Shown: positions 31,999-41,206, counted from the first letter of the stretch. The stretch: DNA of 64,000 nucleotides from Acidimicrobiaceae bacterium (GCA_003138895.1 PLHJ01000012.1:137070-201069), one strand, 5' to 3'. The notes: generated by a model from the letters alone, not told the origin. Numbers and translations: made by a program.

Positions 31999-32706
31999 AT
32001 GTGTGGCCGAGTTGCTCTATTTACGCCCCCCGCCCGCATTGCGCGACTGCTCGAAGCAACCCTGGCCGCGGGCATTGACCCTGAGGGCCGAGCGAGCTGG
32101 AACGTGGGGCCCCAACGACGTCTCTTCGCCCTGCACACTGAGAGCACTGGCAACGTGCTCGACCAATACAAATGGGGACTCGTGCCAAGTTGGTCCAAAG
32201 ACCCAGCGATTGGGAATCGTCTCTTTAACGCGCGCGGCGAAACCGTGGCGGAAAAGCCTTCGTTTCGAACCGCCTTTGCACGGCGCCCCTGCGTGATTCC
32301 GGTTGACGGATTCTACGAATGGGACCACCGTGAGGGACAAAACAAGCAGCCGAATTATTTCTCGCGTACGGACGATGACTTGCTGTTGCTCGCCGGTCTC
32401 TACGAATTCTGGCGAGACCCCACACTCCCCGATGACGCCCCGCTCGTGCAAACCTGCACCGTGATAACCACCACGCCCAGTGAGGACATCAATGGCATCC
32501 ATGACCGGATGCCCGTCATTTTTGAACGCGACGAAATCGCGTCGTGGCTTGATCTAGAAGAAGATCATCGAGCAGAGCGCGCCGCAATGCTTCGACCCGC
32601 GCCCAAGGGGACTCTTCGACACCACGGTGTCTCAAAAGCAGTGGGCTCGGTTCGAAACGATGGTCCCGAACTCATTGAACCTGAAGAGCCCCAGCAATTG
32701 TTCTAG
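31999..32706 (+). CDS. SRAP-family abasic-site protecting protein (YedK/HMCES-like)
   Basis: True start MCGR at 31999 after AAGGAGG; WGLVP.W, FNAR.ET, GFYEW, HDRMP. Confidence 0.95.
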   Translation: MCGRVALFTPPARIARLLEATLAAGIDPEGRASWNVGPQRRLFALHTESTGNVLDQYKWGLVPSWSKDPAIGNRLFNARGETVAEKPSFRTAFARRPCVIPVDGFYEWDHREGQNKQPNYFSRTDDDLLLLAGLYEFWRDPTLPDDAPLVQTCTVITTTPSEDINGIHDRMPVIFERDEIASWLDLEEDHRAERAAMLRPAPKGTLRHHGVSKAVGSVRNDGPELIEPEEPQQLF

Positions 32707-33677
32707 TCAGATTCCCGCAAAATCTCGAGCAAGAGTTCTTCAGAAATATTTCGACCACACGCTACGAAACCCACGCGACGCTCCTTATCGTTAATCAAAT
32801 TGTTCGTAATGGCCGCGTAGGAAGCGCTGGCCGATCCCTCGAGAACCACGCCGTTTTGCAGCGCCGCTTCTCGAACCGCGGAACGAATTTCCTTTTCCGG
32901 TACGAGAACAATCGGAACCTTGTTCTCAGCGACGATGTCATTAGTCACCGAATCTTCGTCACCGCCACCGGCGAGCCCGTCGGCAATCGTGGGCTGGTGA
33001 ACAACGTCGCTCATTTTCATGCCGCGTAGTACGTGATAGAGCGACGAACTTCGTTCGGGTTGCACGCCGGTCACTTCAATGTCGTCACGATTGCACTCAC
33101 GACGCGCGAGTAAGAACCCCGACAGAAGCCCACCACCACCCACCGAAATCACGACGTGCTCCATTTCGGGAGCTTGCTGCAGCATTTCAAAAAATGCCGT
33201 GGCTTGCCCGGCAATGACGTACGTGTCATTAAACGGTGATACGAAATGCAACGATCGTTCGTCCGCTAACTGTTTCGCGTGGGCTTGGGCACCGTCGTAA
33301 GAGGTGCCGGCCTGGATGAGTTCAATGTCGTAGTTGCGAAGTTTTTTTATTTTGGCGTCCGACGCGTTTGTCGGCACCACGACCGTGGCGCGCATACCGA
33401 GCAGTTGTGCGGCGTGGGCGATCCCCAGTCCGTGGTTACCCGCCGAGGACGTAATGACCGCACCACCAGGATCGTCGCGTCGCGCTGCGTCGAGCGCACT
33501 GAGGGCGCCTCGAATTTTGAAAGCGCCGGTGGGTTGGAAGCTCTCCATTTTGGTGGCCACTGGTCGACCACGAAGCATCAGCGTGACCGTGGGTGTGGGT
33601 TCCAGATAGTCGGCAATAACCCGACGCGCGTCTTCGAGCTGCGTCGACGTCGGTGGCTGTACCTGGCGAATCATCAT
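32703..33677 (-). CDS. PLP-dependent threonine/serine dehydratase-family protein
   Basis: KMESFQPTGAFKIRG, SAGNHG, VGGGGL, TIADGL. Confidence 0.88.
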   Translation of the reverse strand: MMIRQVQPPTSTQLEDARRVIADYLEPTPTVTLMLRGRPVATKMESFQPTGAFKIRGALSALDAARRDDPGGAVITSSAGNHGLGIAHAAQLLGMRATVVVPTNASDAKIKKLRNYDIELIQAGTSYDGAQAHAKQLADERSLHFVSPFNDTYVIAGQATAFFEMLQQAPEMEHVVISVGGGGLLSGFLLARRECNRDDIEVTGVQPERSSSLYHVLRGMKMSDVVHQPTIADGLAGGGDEDSVTNDIVAENKVPIVLVPEKEIRSAVREAALQNGVVLEGSASASYAAITNNLINDKERRVGFVACGRNISEELLLEILRESD

Positions 33678-33755
33678 GTTCTCCACACATTGCTTCAAAG
33701 CGGTCTGTCCACCTTACCGCTTAGCCAAAATTCCTTAAAGGGATAGAGTCGCAGC

Positions 33756-34322
33756 GTGCCCGCACTCGTGACGACTATCGCGGTCGCCGCGGCCGCATTC
33801 GTTGGCACCACGTTTGACAATTTCTTTGCGCTCGCGGCGCAACTGGCCCTCACGGACGCCAAGGCCTTTCAGCGGATTGGTCGAGCGCACATCGCCGGAA
33901 TCATGGGTCTCGTGGCCATTTCTGCCGGGGTCGGTAGCGCGCTCTCCTCGATTCCACTGAAGTGGGTGGCGATTTTGGCATTGGCGCCATTCACGTTGGG
34001 CGTCGTTGCCTGGCGACACCGCAACGACGACGTTGGCCCCGTTTTTAAGCGAGGTGCGACGACGACATTTTTGGTCGCCGTTGCGTTGGGCGGTGACAAC
34101 ATTGCGGTGTGGACGCCGCTACTTCGCGCCGCTGGCGTGACGAAGGGCCTCGAGACCGCGGCGGTGTTTTTCCTGCTCGAAATGCTGCTCGTCCTACTGG
34201 CGAAGAAACTGGCGAGTCGCCCTCGCATCATTGCCTGGGGACAGCGTTACGCCCGCCACTTGACGCCGTTTGTCTACGTGGCTCTTGGCTTCTTAATAAT
34301 TGGCGAATGCGGGTTGTTTTAG
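33756..34322 (+). CDS. CadD-like (cadmium resistance, LysE superfamily) membrane protein
   Basis: FVGTTFDN and GGDNIAVW repeated motifs, hydrophobic. Confidence 0.78.
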   Translation: MPALVTTIAVAAAAFVGTTFDNFFALAAQLALTDAKAFQRIGRAHIAGIMGLVAISAGVGSALSSIPLKWVAILALAPFTLGVVAWRHRNDDVGPVFKRGATTTFLVAVALGGDNIAVWTPLLRAAGVTKGLETAAVFFLLEMLLVLLAKKLASRPRIIAWGQRYARHLTPFVYVALGFLIIGECGLF

Positions 34323-34339
34323 CGCCATAAGGTTGGAGC

Positions 34340-34993
34340 GTGAGTGTGTCATTGGACAGCCCAGCAACGGTGAAGCCTCTGTGGCGCGGGCGGCTGCATT
34401 TCGGTGGTTTTTTTGTACTTTTGGCGTGTTCACCCATCCTTTTTGTTCGTACTCGCTCACCCGAGCAGGTGGCGTGGGTGCTTTGCTACCTCGTTGGCGT
34501 GGGATCCATGATGGCAACGAGCGCGTCCTTCCATATCGTCAATTGGAGCCCGGCTGGGCGTGAACGAATGAAGCGCGCCGATCACTCGGCGATTTTTCTA
34601 GCGATTGGTGGCAGTTACCTGGCCATTGCGGGACTGACAATGCACGGCAATATCCGATTGGTCCTGTTGCTGATTATTGGTGTGAGTGCACTCGTCGGTA
34701 TCGCCATTCGTCAACTCGCTCTTCACGCGTCAAAGTGGGTCAACACCATCCCCTACTTGCTCGTGGGTTGGGCCGCCGTGATTGTGATGCCTCAAATTTA
34801 TCGAGGCGGCGGACCGCTGTGTTTCGCGCTCATTATCGCTGGTGGTTTGGCGTACTCAATTGGGGCCGTGGCCTACGGTGCAAAACGTCCCAAGTTGTCA
34901 CCACGCGTTTTTGGCTATCACGAACTTTTTCACGCCTTCACCATTGTTGGTGCGGGCTGCCACTTCGCCGCCATCGCCGTTGCGTTGCGGTAA
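34340..34993 (+). CDS. Hemolysin III/PAQR-family membrane protein
   Basis: SASFH, DHSAIF.AI.GSY, GGLAY, FGYHELFH. Confidence 0.92.
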   Translation: MSVSLDSPATVKPLWRGRLHFGGFFVLLACSPILFVRTRSPEQVAWVLCYLVGVGSMMATSASFHIVNWSPAGRERMKRADHSAIFLAIGGSYLAIAGLTMHGNIRLVLLLIIGVSALVGIAIRQLALHASKWVNTIPYLLVGWAAVIVMPQIYRGGGPLCFALIIAGGLAYSIGAVAYGAKRPKLSPRVFGYHELFHAFTIVGAGCHFAAIAVALR

Positions 34994-35761
34994 TTAGATA
35001 ACCGGCGACATCCCGCCATCAATGCTGATGCCAACGCCCGTGATGTAACTTGCGCGGGGCGAAAGCAAGAACGCGGCGAGGTCCGCAAATTCTTGCGACT
35101 TGCCAACTCGTCCCAGCGGGATGGTTTGTGACGACGCAATCATTGTGTAGAAGTCTTGGTCACTCACATTGGCTTCGCGCGCTCGCCTCGCCCACTGTCC
35201 CGACTCAATGAGCCCAATCAAAATCGCGTTTACTCTAATCCCCTTAGGTCCGACCTCGTTTGCCAATGCCTTGGTGAGCGCCAAACCCGCCGCTCTCGAG
35301 GCAGTGGTGGGAGTGGAGTTGGCTTGGGGCGAACGCGCCATAATTGCTAACACGTTGATAATGGCACCGTTCGTTTTTTCGAGTTCGGGTAAAACTCGAC
35401 GACATACGTGCAGCGCGGCAATCACTTTTAGTTCATAGTCATCGCGCCACACTTGGTCGTTGGAAGAAGCAACCGGTGAACCCGCCGAGCGACCTGCGTT
35501 GTTGACGGCTCCATCGAGTTGGCCGAACCGTTCCAGCGTGGCGTCAATGAAACCATCAACATCAGTCTCCCTGGTGACGTCCGCCTTAAAGCAAAGCGCG
35601 TTAGAGCCGAGTTGTTGTTGCGCCGCTCCAAGTCGATCGTCGTCGCGACCACACACGGCCACCGATGCTCCTTCGCGAATGAGCGTTGAAGCGAGTGCGA
35701 GACCAAGCCCATCGGTACCGCCAGTAATCAAATACGTACGATTTTTCAGGTCTAAGTCCAT
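34994..35761 (-). CDS. SDR-family oxidoreductase
   Basis: TGGTDGLG, NNAG, RVNAI; the catalytic YxxxK is replaced by TTASR. Confidence 0.88.
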   Translation of the reverse strand: MDLDLKNRTYLITGGTDGLGLALASTLIREGASVAVCGRDDDRLGAAQQQLGSNALCFKADVTRETDVDGFIDATLERFGQLDGAVNNAGRSAGSPVASSNDQVWRDDYELKVIAALHVCRRVLPELEKTNGAIINVLAIMARSPQANSTPTTASRAAGLALTKALANEVGPKGIRVNAILIGLIESGQWARRAREANVSDQDFYTMIASSQTIPLGRVGKSQEFADLAAFLLSPRASYITGVGISIDGGMSPVI

Positions 35762-35770
35762 GACCTCATC

Positions 35771-36340
35771 CTACGAAGCGAATTCCAATTCTCTAAAAAT
35801 GTGGTCAGCAACTTCACTCGTCGGACGGGTACTTTGCACTCGAAGGAAACGAATGTCTCGTTCTTTGGCGATTTTTTCAAGCCACGCGGCGTGTTCGGCG
35901 CGACGGTGGTAGCTGGTCCAGGCCCAGCGAATGATTGACTTTTCAGGGTCCCAGGCAAACAAGTTCCGAACCTTTTCATGGTTGCCATTCCACAATTCAT
36001 GACGGTGCCACGCGCGATTTATTGTGCGCCGTACGACGCGTCGCATAATGGTGGAACGCGATAAATCAAATGCCACGATGACCTGAACATTCTCGAAGAC
36101 GACTTCTTGCACCTGACGGTAGTTTCCGTCCACAATCCAGGCATCGCCCGCCACGAAATTCTTTACGCGACGCACGAATTCTTTCTCCGGTATCGTCGTC
36201 CACGCTGGTTGGTGAAACGTTGCGTCAAGTTCGTGGTACGAAAGGTCAAGTTGCGACGCAAGATGTCGAGCCAAAGTTGATTTTCCCGAACCAGAGCAAC
36301 CTGTTACCCACCATTTTGTTGGGATTGACTCGTGCACCAC
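35771..36340 (-). CDS. P-loop kinase (adenylate kinase-like / FlaR topology modulation family)
   Basis: GCSGSGKST, ELD, WIVDGNY, ELWNGN.E; start GTG 36340 (TATCTT 7 nt upstream). Confidence 0.82.
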   Translation of the reverse strand: MVHESIPTKWWVTGCSGSGKSTLARHLASQLDLSYHELDATFHQPAWTTIPEKEFVRRVKNFVAGDAWIVDGNYRQVQEVVFENVQVIVAFDLSRSTIMRRVVRRTINRAWHRHELWNGNHEKVRNLFAWDPEKSIIRWAWTSYHRRAEHAAWLEKIAKERDIRFLRVQSTRPTSEVADHIFRELEFAS

Positions 36341-36363
36341 GGGACCAAAGATAGCGTGGTGCC

Positions 36364-37539
36364 ATGCCGGCAACGTCGCCACGTAGCACCCTCAATAGCC
36401 TCACGATCATCGTGGCCATCCAGTGGATAGGGGCAACGCTTGGTCTACCGCTGCTGCCTCTCTTTCTCGAACATCGAGGAGGAACACCATCAGTCATTGG
36501 TTTCATCATGGCCGCTTTTTTCGTCGCGGGCATAGTTACGCAGTTCTTCCTTGGTCACCTCGCGGACAAATTTGGTCGACGTCCCGTGCTCATCGCCGGA
36601 CTCGTCGCGTACGGCATTGCGAGCGCTACGTATTTGCTCCCCATAAGCGCGCCGTGGTTTGCATTGACGCGCGCGGTGCAGGGTTCTGCCGCCGGCGCTG
36701 TTGAAGTTGCGACGTTTTCGGCAGTGGCTGCACTTTTTCCCGAGAAGGAACGAGGTCGAGCGGTTTCTCGAATCCTTGCGGCACAACTCTTGGGAATTGC
36801 TGTGGGGCCCTTATTGGGTTCGCTCGCGTCGGTGAAAGATCTGGGTTGGGCCTTTCTTGCGACGGGAGTAGCCAGTCTTTTGGCTTCGAGCCAAGCAGTT
36901 CGCGCCAATCTTGGTGACAAGGCCTTTGACCCCACGCCGCTGCCAAAACTTCAGTGGAATTCGCAAATTATTGGTGCAGTGTTTGCGGCGATATCGTCCG
37001 GTCTCGCCATTGGCGTCTACGAAGCGTGCTGGACTTTGCTCATGCACGCTCGCCACGCGAGCACGCTGCAGATCCGACTGAGTTGGACCTTCTTCGCTAT
37101 TCCCTGGGTGGCCTTAAGCCCGCTTGGTGGTTGGCTCGGTGACCACGGCAACCGCCGTTACATTGCGCTCGCGGGAATGCTGAGCAGCGCTTTTTTCTTG
37201 TCGCTCTATCCACATTTTGCGAGTCCCAACACGTTGTTAATTGTTGGCCCGATTGAATCCATTGGCGCCGCACTTTCGGTTCCGTCCATCCAGTCGCTAC
37301 TCACCGAAGGCGCGGAGAATCGAGAACTCAGTCGACGTCAAGGCATCTCGTCAACCGCAAACACGGCCGCACTCGCGGGTTCCGCTGCAGTGTCGGGCGT
37401 GCTCTTTTCGCGAGCGCACTCGCTTCCCTTTACCGCGATTGCACTGCTTTCGGCGTCGTGCGCGCTCTCGACGTTCTGGTGGTGGCGACACACGAAAGGA
37501 AATCTCAACTCGCCACGACGCGAACGAACGAACGCCTAA
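36364..37539 (+). CDS. MFS transporter (DHA1-like)
   Basis: GHLADKFGRR motif A, about 12 TM segments. Confidence 0.9.
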   Translation: MPATSPRSTLNSLTIIVAIQWIGATLGLPLLPLFLEHRGGTPSVIGFIMAAFFVAGIVTQFFLGHLADKFGRRPVLIAGLVAYGIASATYLLPISAPWFALTRAVQGSAAGAVEVATFSAVAALFPEKERGRAVSRILAAQLLGIAVGPLLGSLASVKDLGWAFLATGVASLLASSQAVRANLGDKAFDPTPLPKLQWNSQIIGAVFAAISSGLAIGVYEACWTLLMHARHASTLQIRLSWTFFAIPWVALSPLGGWLGDHGNRRYIALAGMLSSAFFLSLYPHFASPNTLLIVGPIESIGAALSVPSIQSLLTEGAENRELSRRQGISSTANTAALAGSAAVSGVLFSRAHSLPFTAIALLSASCALSTFWWWRHTKGNLNSPRRERTNA

Positions 37540-39257
37540 CTAATCCAGGTCTCCGTGAGTCGAATGGCGCCGGCGTCGGGGTTAAGAACTGCCGTCTTAG
37601 CGTCAGCGGCCGTTGATTTAGCCCAGTTCTGCACGGTGGTTTTCGCACCCCACGCGTAGACGGTTGCGGCCATGAACAGATAGGGGATGTCTTTGGCGAG
37701 TTGCGTATTCACTTTGGCCCAGTTGCTGATGTACGAAGCCGAGTAGGGCTTCGCCGCCATGGCGGTGAGCATCGCTTTCGTAAGGACCGGGTCATCATTC
37801 TGGGCAAAGTTCAAGAAGTTGCCCGAATCGAACCACACAAAGTTGAGCGATGGTTCCGTTCCACCGAACTGATTCCAGGTGACTGCCTCGTAGGTCTTGA
37901 GAATTGCCCCATTGATTTGCACCGACTGCTGCACCGGGCGTGAAGTGATTTCAATCCCCACCGCGGCCAATTGACTCTGGATGAATTCGAATTCAGTGAT
38001 TTGCTCACTAGAAGATCCAACAATGTCGAGAACGAATGAGACCTTTGTGGCCCCGGTCGCCTTCTTGTACGCGGCCACGAGCTTTTTCGCTTCAGCTGGG
38101 TTGTACGAAGGGTATCCCGGGTTCTTATAGAACGGCGAAGCCGGACGATAGATTCCGTTCATCGTGAAGCCAACTCCTCCGTCAACCACCGACAGGTACT
38201 GATTTCGATTTATCGCGTAAGCGCAGGCTTGACGGATACGAATGTCCGTAAGTACAGATCGACGCGAGTGATCGTATTGCAGTGTCGAAGGGTTCACCGC
38301 GCCGGACTGACCGGTGTAGTCCTTACCCGCAACGTTCAACATAATGCAGTCGCTCGCGGGGTCGCGTGCTTCAGCTTCACCGGTGATACCAACAATTCCT
38401 CGCGTGTTCAACATTTGTTTAATGACCGGACCAGCTTCGGTGAGCATCATGTCAATTGATCCACTCTGCAAGGCTTCAAATCGAGCAGTGTCATCAACAA
38501 TCACCTTGAATTCAATTTCGTTGAGGTACGGTAACTTGCGACCAGCAGCGTCCTTGCGCCAATACTTCGCATTCTTTACCCACGTCGAGGTCTCGTTCAA
38601 AATCCAACTCTTGTACTTGAACGGTCCGGTGCCTATCGGGTTGCTCGGACCAGCGAGCGCCGATGGTGCGGCCATGTAAGCAATCTGCTGCTCGGAGAGG
38701 TTGACGGGGAACGTTGTGTACGGCAACTGCAGGGTGTACAGAACGCTGTAATTATCAGCAGGATTCGGTTGGGTGACGTCCTTAATTAGTGGCGCGATAC
38801 CAAGTCCCACCGTGGCATTGGCGGCCGCTGACTTGTAGTTGGCAACGACGGCCGCCGCGTTAAACGGTGTCCCATTGTGGAACTCAACGCCTCGTCGAAG
38901 CACAATCGTCCATTCGGTGTAGTTGGCGTTGGGCGTGGCCGAGAGTGCCAAATAAGGAAGCCATCCTTTGCCGCTGGTGGGCGTGACAAAGAGCGGGTCG
39001 AAAACCGTGTTGGCGAGTGTGAAACCAGCCGAGTCGAGCTTGCCTTGGGCCCCGGAGAACGTTTGATTGCTCGACTGCTCCGAAAGCAGACCGACGCGAA
39101 GCGTTCCTCCGATTTTTGGAGCACCGACTCCGATGCCAGTCGTGGCGCCCGCTGCGGGAACCAGAATTTCGTCGACTACTGAACCCGCGAGGGCAATACC
39201 ACCGACCGTGGCCGCCGAATGAGTTAGAAACGACCGGCGATTAAGCGTGCTCGACAT
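37536..39257 (-). CDS. ABC solute-binding protein family 5 (Opp/Dpp-like), Tat-exported, paralogue 1
   Basis: NRRSFL Tat motif, LR.GV.FH.GTPF.A.AV, PIGTGPF, N..YW, D.RIRQA..YAINR. Confidence 0.9.
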   Translation of the reverse strand: MSSTLNRRSFLTHSAATVGGIALAGSVVDEILVPAAGATTGIGVGAPKIGGTLRVGLLSEQSSNQTFSGAQGKLDSAGFTLANTVFDPLFVTPTSGKGWLPYLALSATPNANYTEWTIVLRRGVEFHNGTPFNAAAVVANYKSAAANATVGLGIAPLIKDVTQPNPADNYSVLYTLQLPYTTFPVNLSEQQIAYMAAPSALAGPSNPIGTGPFKYKSWILNETSTWVKNAKYWRKDAAGRKLPYLNEIEFKVIVDDTARFEALQSGSIDMMLTEAGPVIKQMLNTRGIVGITGEAEARDPASDCIMLNVAGKDYTGQSGAVNPSTLQYDHSRRSVLTDIRIRQACAYAINRNQYLSVVDGGVGFTMNGIYRPASPFYKNPGYPSYNPAEAKKLVAAYKKATGATKVSFVLDIVGSSSEQITEFEFIQSQLAAVGIEITSRPVQQSVQINGAILKTYEAVTWNQFGGTEPSLNFVWFDSGNFLNFAQNDDPVLTKAMLTAMAAKPYSASYISNWAKVNTQLAKDIPYLFMAATVYAWGAKTTVQNWAKSTAADAKTAVLNPDAGAIRLTETWIS

Positions 39258-39307
39258 ACTGATCTGCTTTCGTGCGAAGTGAGATTTCGAGAATCTCAAC
39301 AACTGGT

Positions 39308-39360
39308 GTACACGCGTGAACTTAGCAACTCCTAGGAAAAACTAAGTCGCACGCGCGTAC
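39308..39360 (-). other. Imperfect inverted repeat between the SBP genes
   Basis: Arms 39308-39325 and 39342-39360; the two + strand A/C mismatches become G-U pairs in the - strand transcript. Confidence 0.5.
39315..39331 (-). promoter_or_regulatory. Duplicated promoter-like element upstream of SBP paralogue 1
   Basis: GAGTTGCTAAGTTCACG on the - strand (TGnTAAGTT extended -10-like), identical to 41190-41206. Confidence 0.65.
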
Positions 39361-39405
39361 ACGCAGAGCAGATTTAATTTGAATTTCTTACTTCGCGCAG
39401 CGAAG

Positions 39406-41127
39406 TTATGAAATCCAGACCTCAGTCACACGAATGTCACCCGCGTCGGGGTTGAGAATCTTGGTTTTCCCGTCGGCTGCTGTACCGCCGGCCCAGTTCT
39501 GCACGTTCGACTTAAAGGCCCACGCGTTCACCGTGTTGTCCAACCACAGGTACGGGATGTCCTTACCGAGTTGCGTATTGACCTTGGCCCAGTTAGCGAT
39601 GAACGCTGCGGAACCTTGCGGTGCAGCGAGACCTGCTTGCATAGCTGCCTGCAAGACGGGGTCGGCATTTTGCGCGAAGTTCACGAAGTTGCCACTGTTG
39701 AACCAGACGTAGTTAAGCGACGGAGTCGTTCCACCGAACTGGTTCCATGCTGACGCTTCGTAGGTCTTCAGGATCTTGTCGTTAATCAGCACCGACTGCT
39801 GCAGCGGTCGTGACGTCACTTCAATACCCACGGCTGCCAACTGGCTCTGAATAAATTCAAAACCAGTAATTCCGGCTGAGGAAGATCCCACGATGTCAAT
39901 GACGAAGGAAACCTTCGACACGCCCTTGGCCTTCTTGTACGCCTTCACGAGCTTCTTGGCTTCGGTTGGGTTGTACGACGGGTAGCCGGGATTCCGGTAG
40001 AACGGCGAAGTCGGACGATAGATTCCGTTTGCCGCAGTGCCAACTCCATCGTCAACGACGCTGTTGTACTGGGTTCGGTTAATCGCGTAAGCACACGCTT
40101 GGCGAATCCGGATGTCGGTAAGTACTGACGTCAGTGTGTGGTCGTACTGGCCCGTCGATGGATTGACGGCACCGGTGTGCCCCGTGTAGTCCTTGCCGGC
40201 CACGTTCAAGATAATGCTGCTGACCGGAGGGTCAAGCGGCTCCGCCTCGCCAGTAGTGCCCACGATGCCATGGGTACTGAGCATCTGCTTAATGACGGGA
40301 CCAAACTGGGAAATCATTGCATCGATGGAGCCACTTTCCAGGGCCTGGAATCGAGCGGTGTCGTCAACAATTGGCTTGATCTCAACGGAGTTCAGATATG
40401 GCAACTTACGTCCCGCGGCATCCTTGCGCCAGTAGTGCTCGTTCTTCGTCCATGTACTCTGCTGGTTGAGCACCCAACTCTGGAACTTGAAGGGTCCGGT
40501 ACCAACGGGGTACGACGGAGTCGCGAGTGCCGCAGGTGCAGCGATATAGGCAATCTGCGACTCGGCCAAGTTGGTCGGGAAGGTCGCAAACGGCAGAACC
40601 ATTGTAAAGAGCACCGTGTAGTTGTCCGCTGGGTTCGGTTGGGTCACCGACTTAATTAAGGGTTTAATAGCAAGACCAACAGTGGCATTGGCAAACGCAG
40701 CGGCGAAGTTAGCGACAACGGCGGCGGCGTTGAACGGAGTGCCGTCGTGGAACGTAATTCCCTGTCGAAGGGCAACGGTCCACTCGGTGTAATTGGCACT
40801 CGGTGTGGCCGAAAGTGCGAGGTACGGCAACCAAGCCTTACCGTTAGCGGACGTAACAAACAGTGAGTCATAGACCACGTTGGCAACAGTGAACCCAGCA
40901 GCGTCCAGCTTTCCTTGTGCACCACTGAAAGTCTGAGGGTCGGGCTGCTCCGAAAGGACACCGATCTTTATTGTGCCGCCGAGCTTTGGTGCGCCCGTTC
41001 CGATGCCTACTGCCGCACCAGCGGCTGGTGCCAATAGGTCATCAACAACGGTTCCGGCGAGAGCAATTCCACCAACCGTTGCCGCAGAGTGAGTTAAGAA
41101 CGATCGACGATCGAGCTTGCTTGACAT
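39406..41127 (-). CDS. ABC solute-binding protein family 5, Tat-exported, paralogue 2
   Basis: DRRSFL Tat motif; colinear and highly similar to paralogue 1. Confidence 0.9.
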   Translation of the reverse strand: MSSKLDRRSFLTHSAATVGGIALAGTVVDDLLAPAAGAAVGIGTGAPKLGGTIKIGVLSEQPDPQTFSGAQGKLDAAGFTVANVVYDSLFVTSANGKAWLPYLALSATPSANYTEWTVALRQGITFHDGTPFNAAAVVANFAAAFANATVGLAIKPLIKSVTQPNPADNYTVLFTMVLPFATFPTNLAESQIAYIAAPAALATPSYPVGTGPFKFQSWVLNQQSTWTKNEHYWRKDAAGRKLPYLNSVEIKPIVDDTARFQALESGSIDAMISQFGPVIKQMLSTHGIVGTTGEAEPLDPPVSSIILNVAGKDYTGHTGAVNPSTGQYDHTLTSVLTDIRIRQACAYAINRTQYNSVVDDGVGTAANGIYRPTSPFYRNPGYPSYNPTEAKKLVKAYKKAKGVSKVSFVIDIVGSSSAGITGFEFIQSQLAAVGIEVTSRPLQQSVLINDKILKTYEASAWNQFGGTTPSLNYVWFNSGNFVNFAQNADPVLQAAMQAGLAAPQGSAAFIANWAKVNTQLGKDIPYLWLDNTVNAWAFKSNVQNWAGGTAADGKTKILNPDAGDIRVTEVWIS

Positions 41128-41189
41128 ACGTCCCCCAATTTTCCCCTAGGAGAGAAGGCCTTGTGCCCCCTCACCCCATTTACATCTCA

Positions 41190-41206
41190 CGTGAACTTAG
41201 CAACTC
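41190..41206 (-). promoter_or_regulatory. Duplicated promoter-like element upstream of SBP paralogue 2
   Basis: Same 17-mer as 39315-39331, about 60 nt upstream of the start in both cases. Confidence 0.65.

Noticed and set aside
27069-32706. Mutasome cassette as a horizontally acquired island
   Set aside because: It looks somewhat GC-richer by eye, but there is no integrase, transposase, tRNA or flanking repeat.
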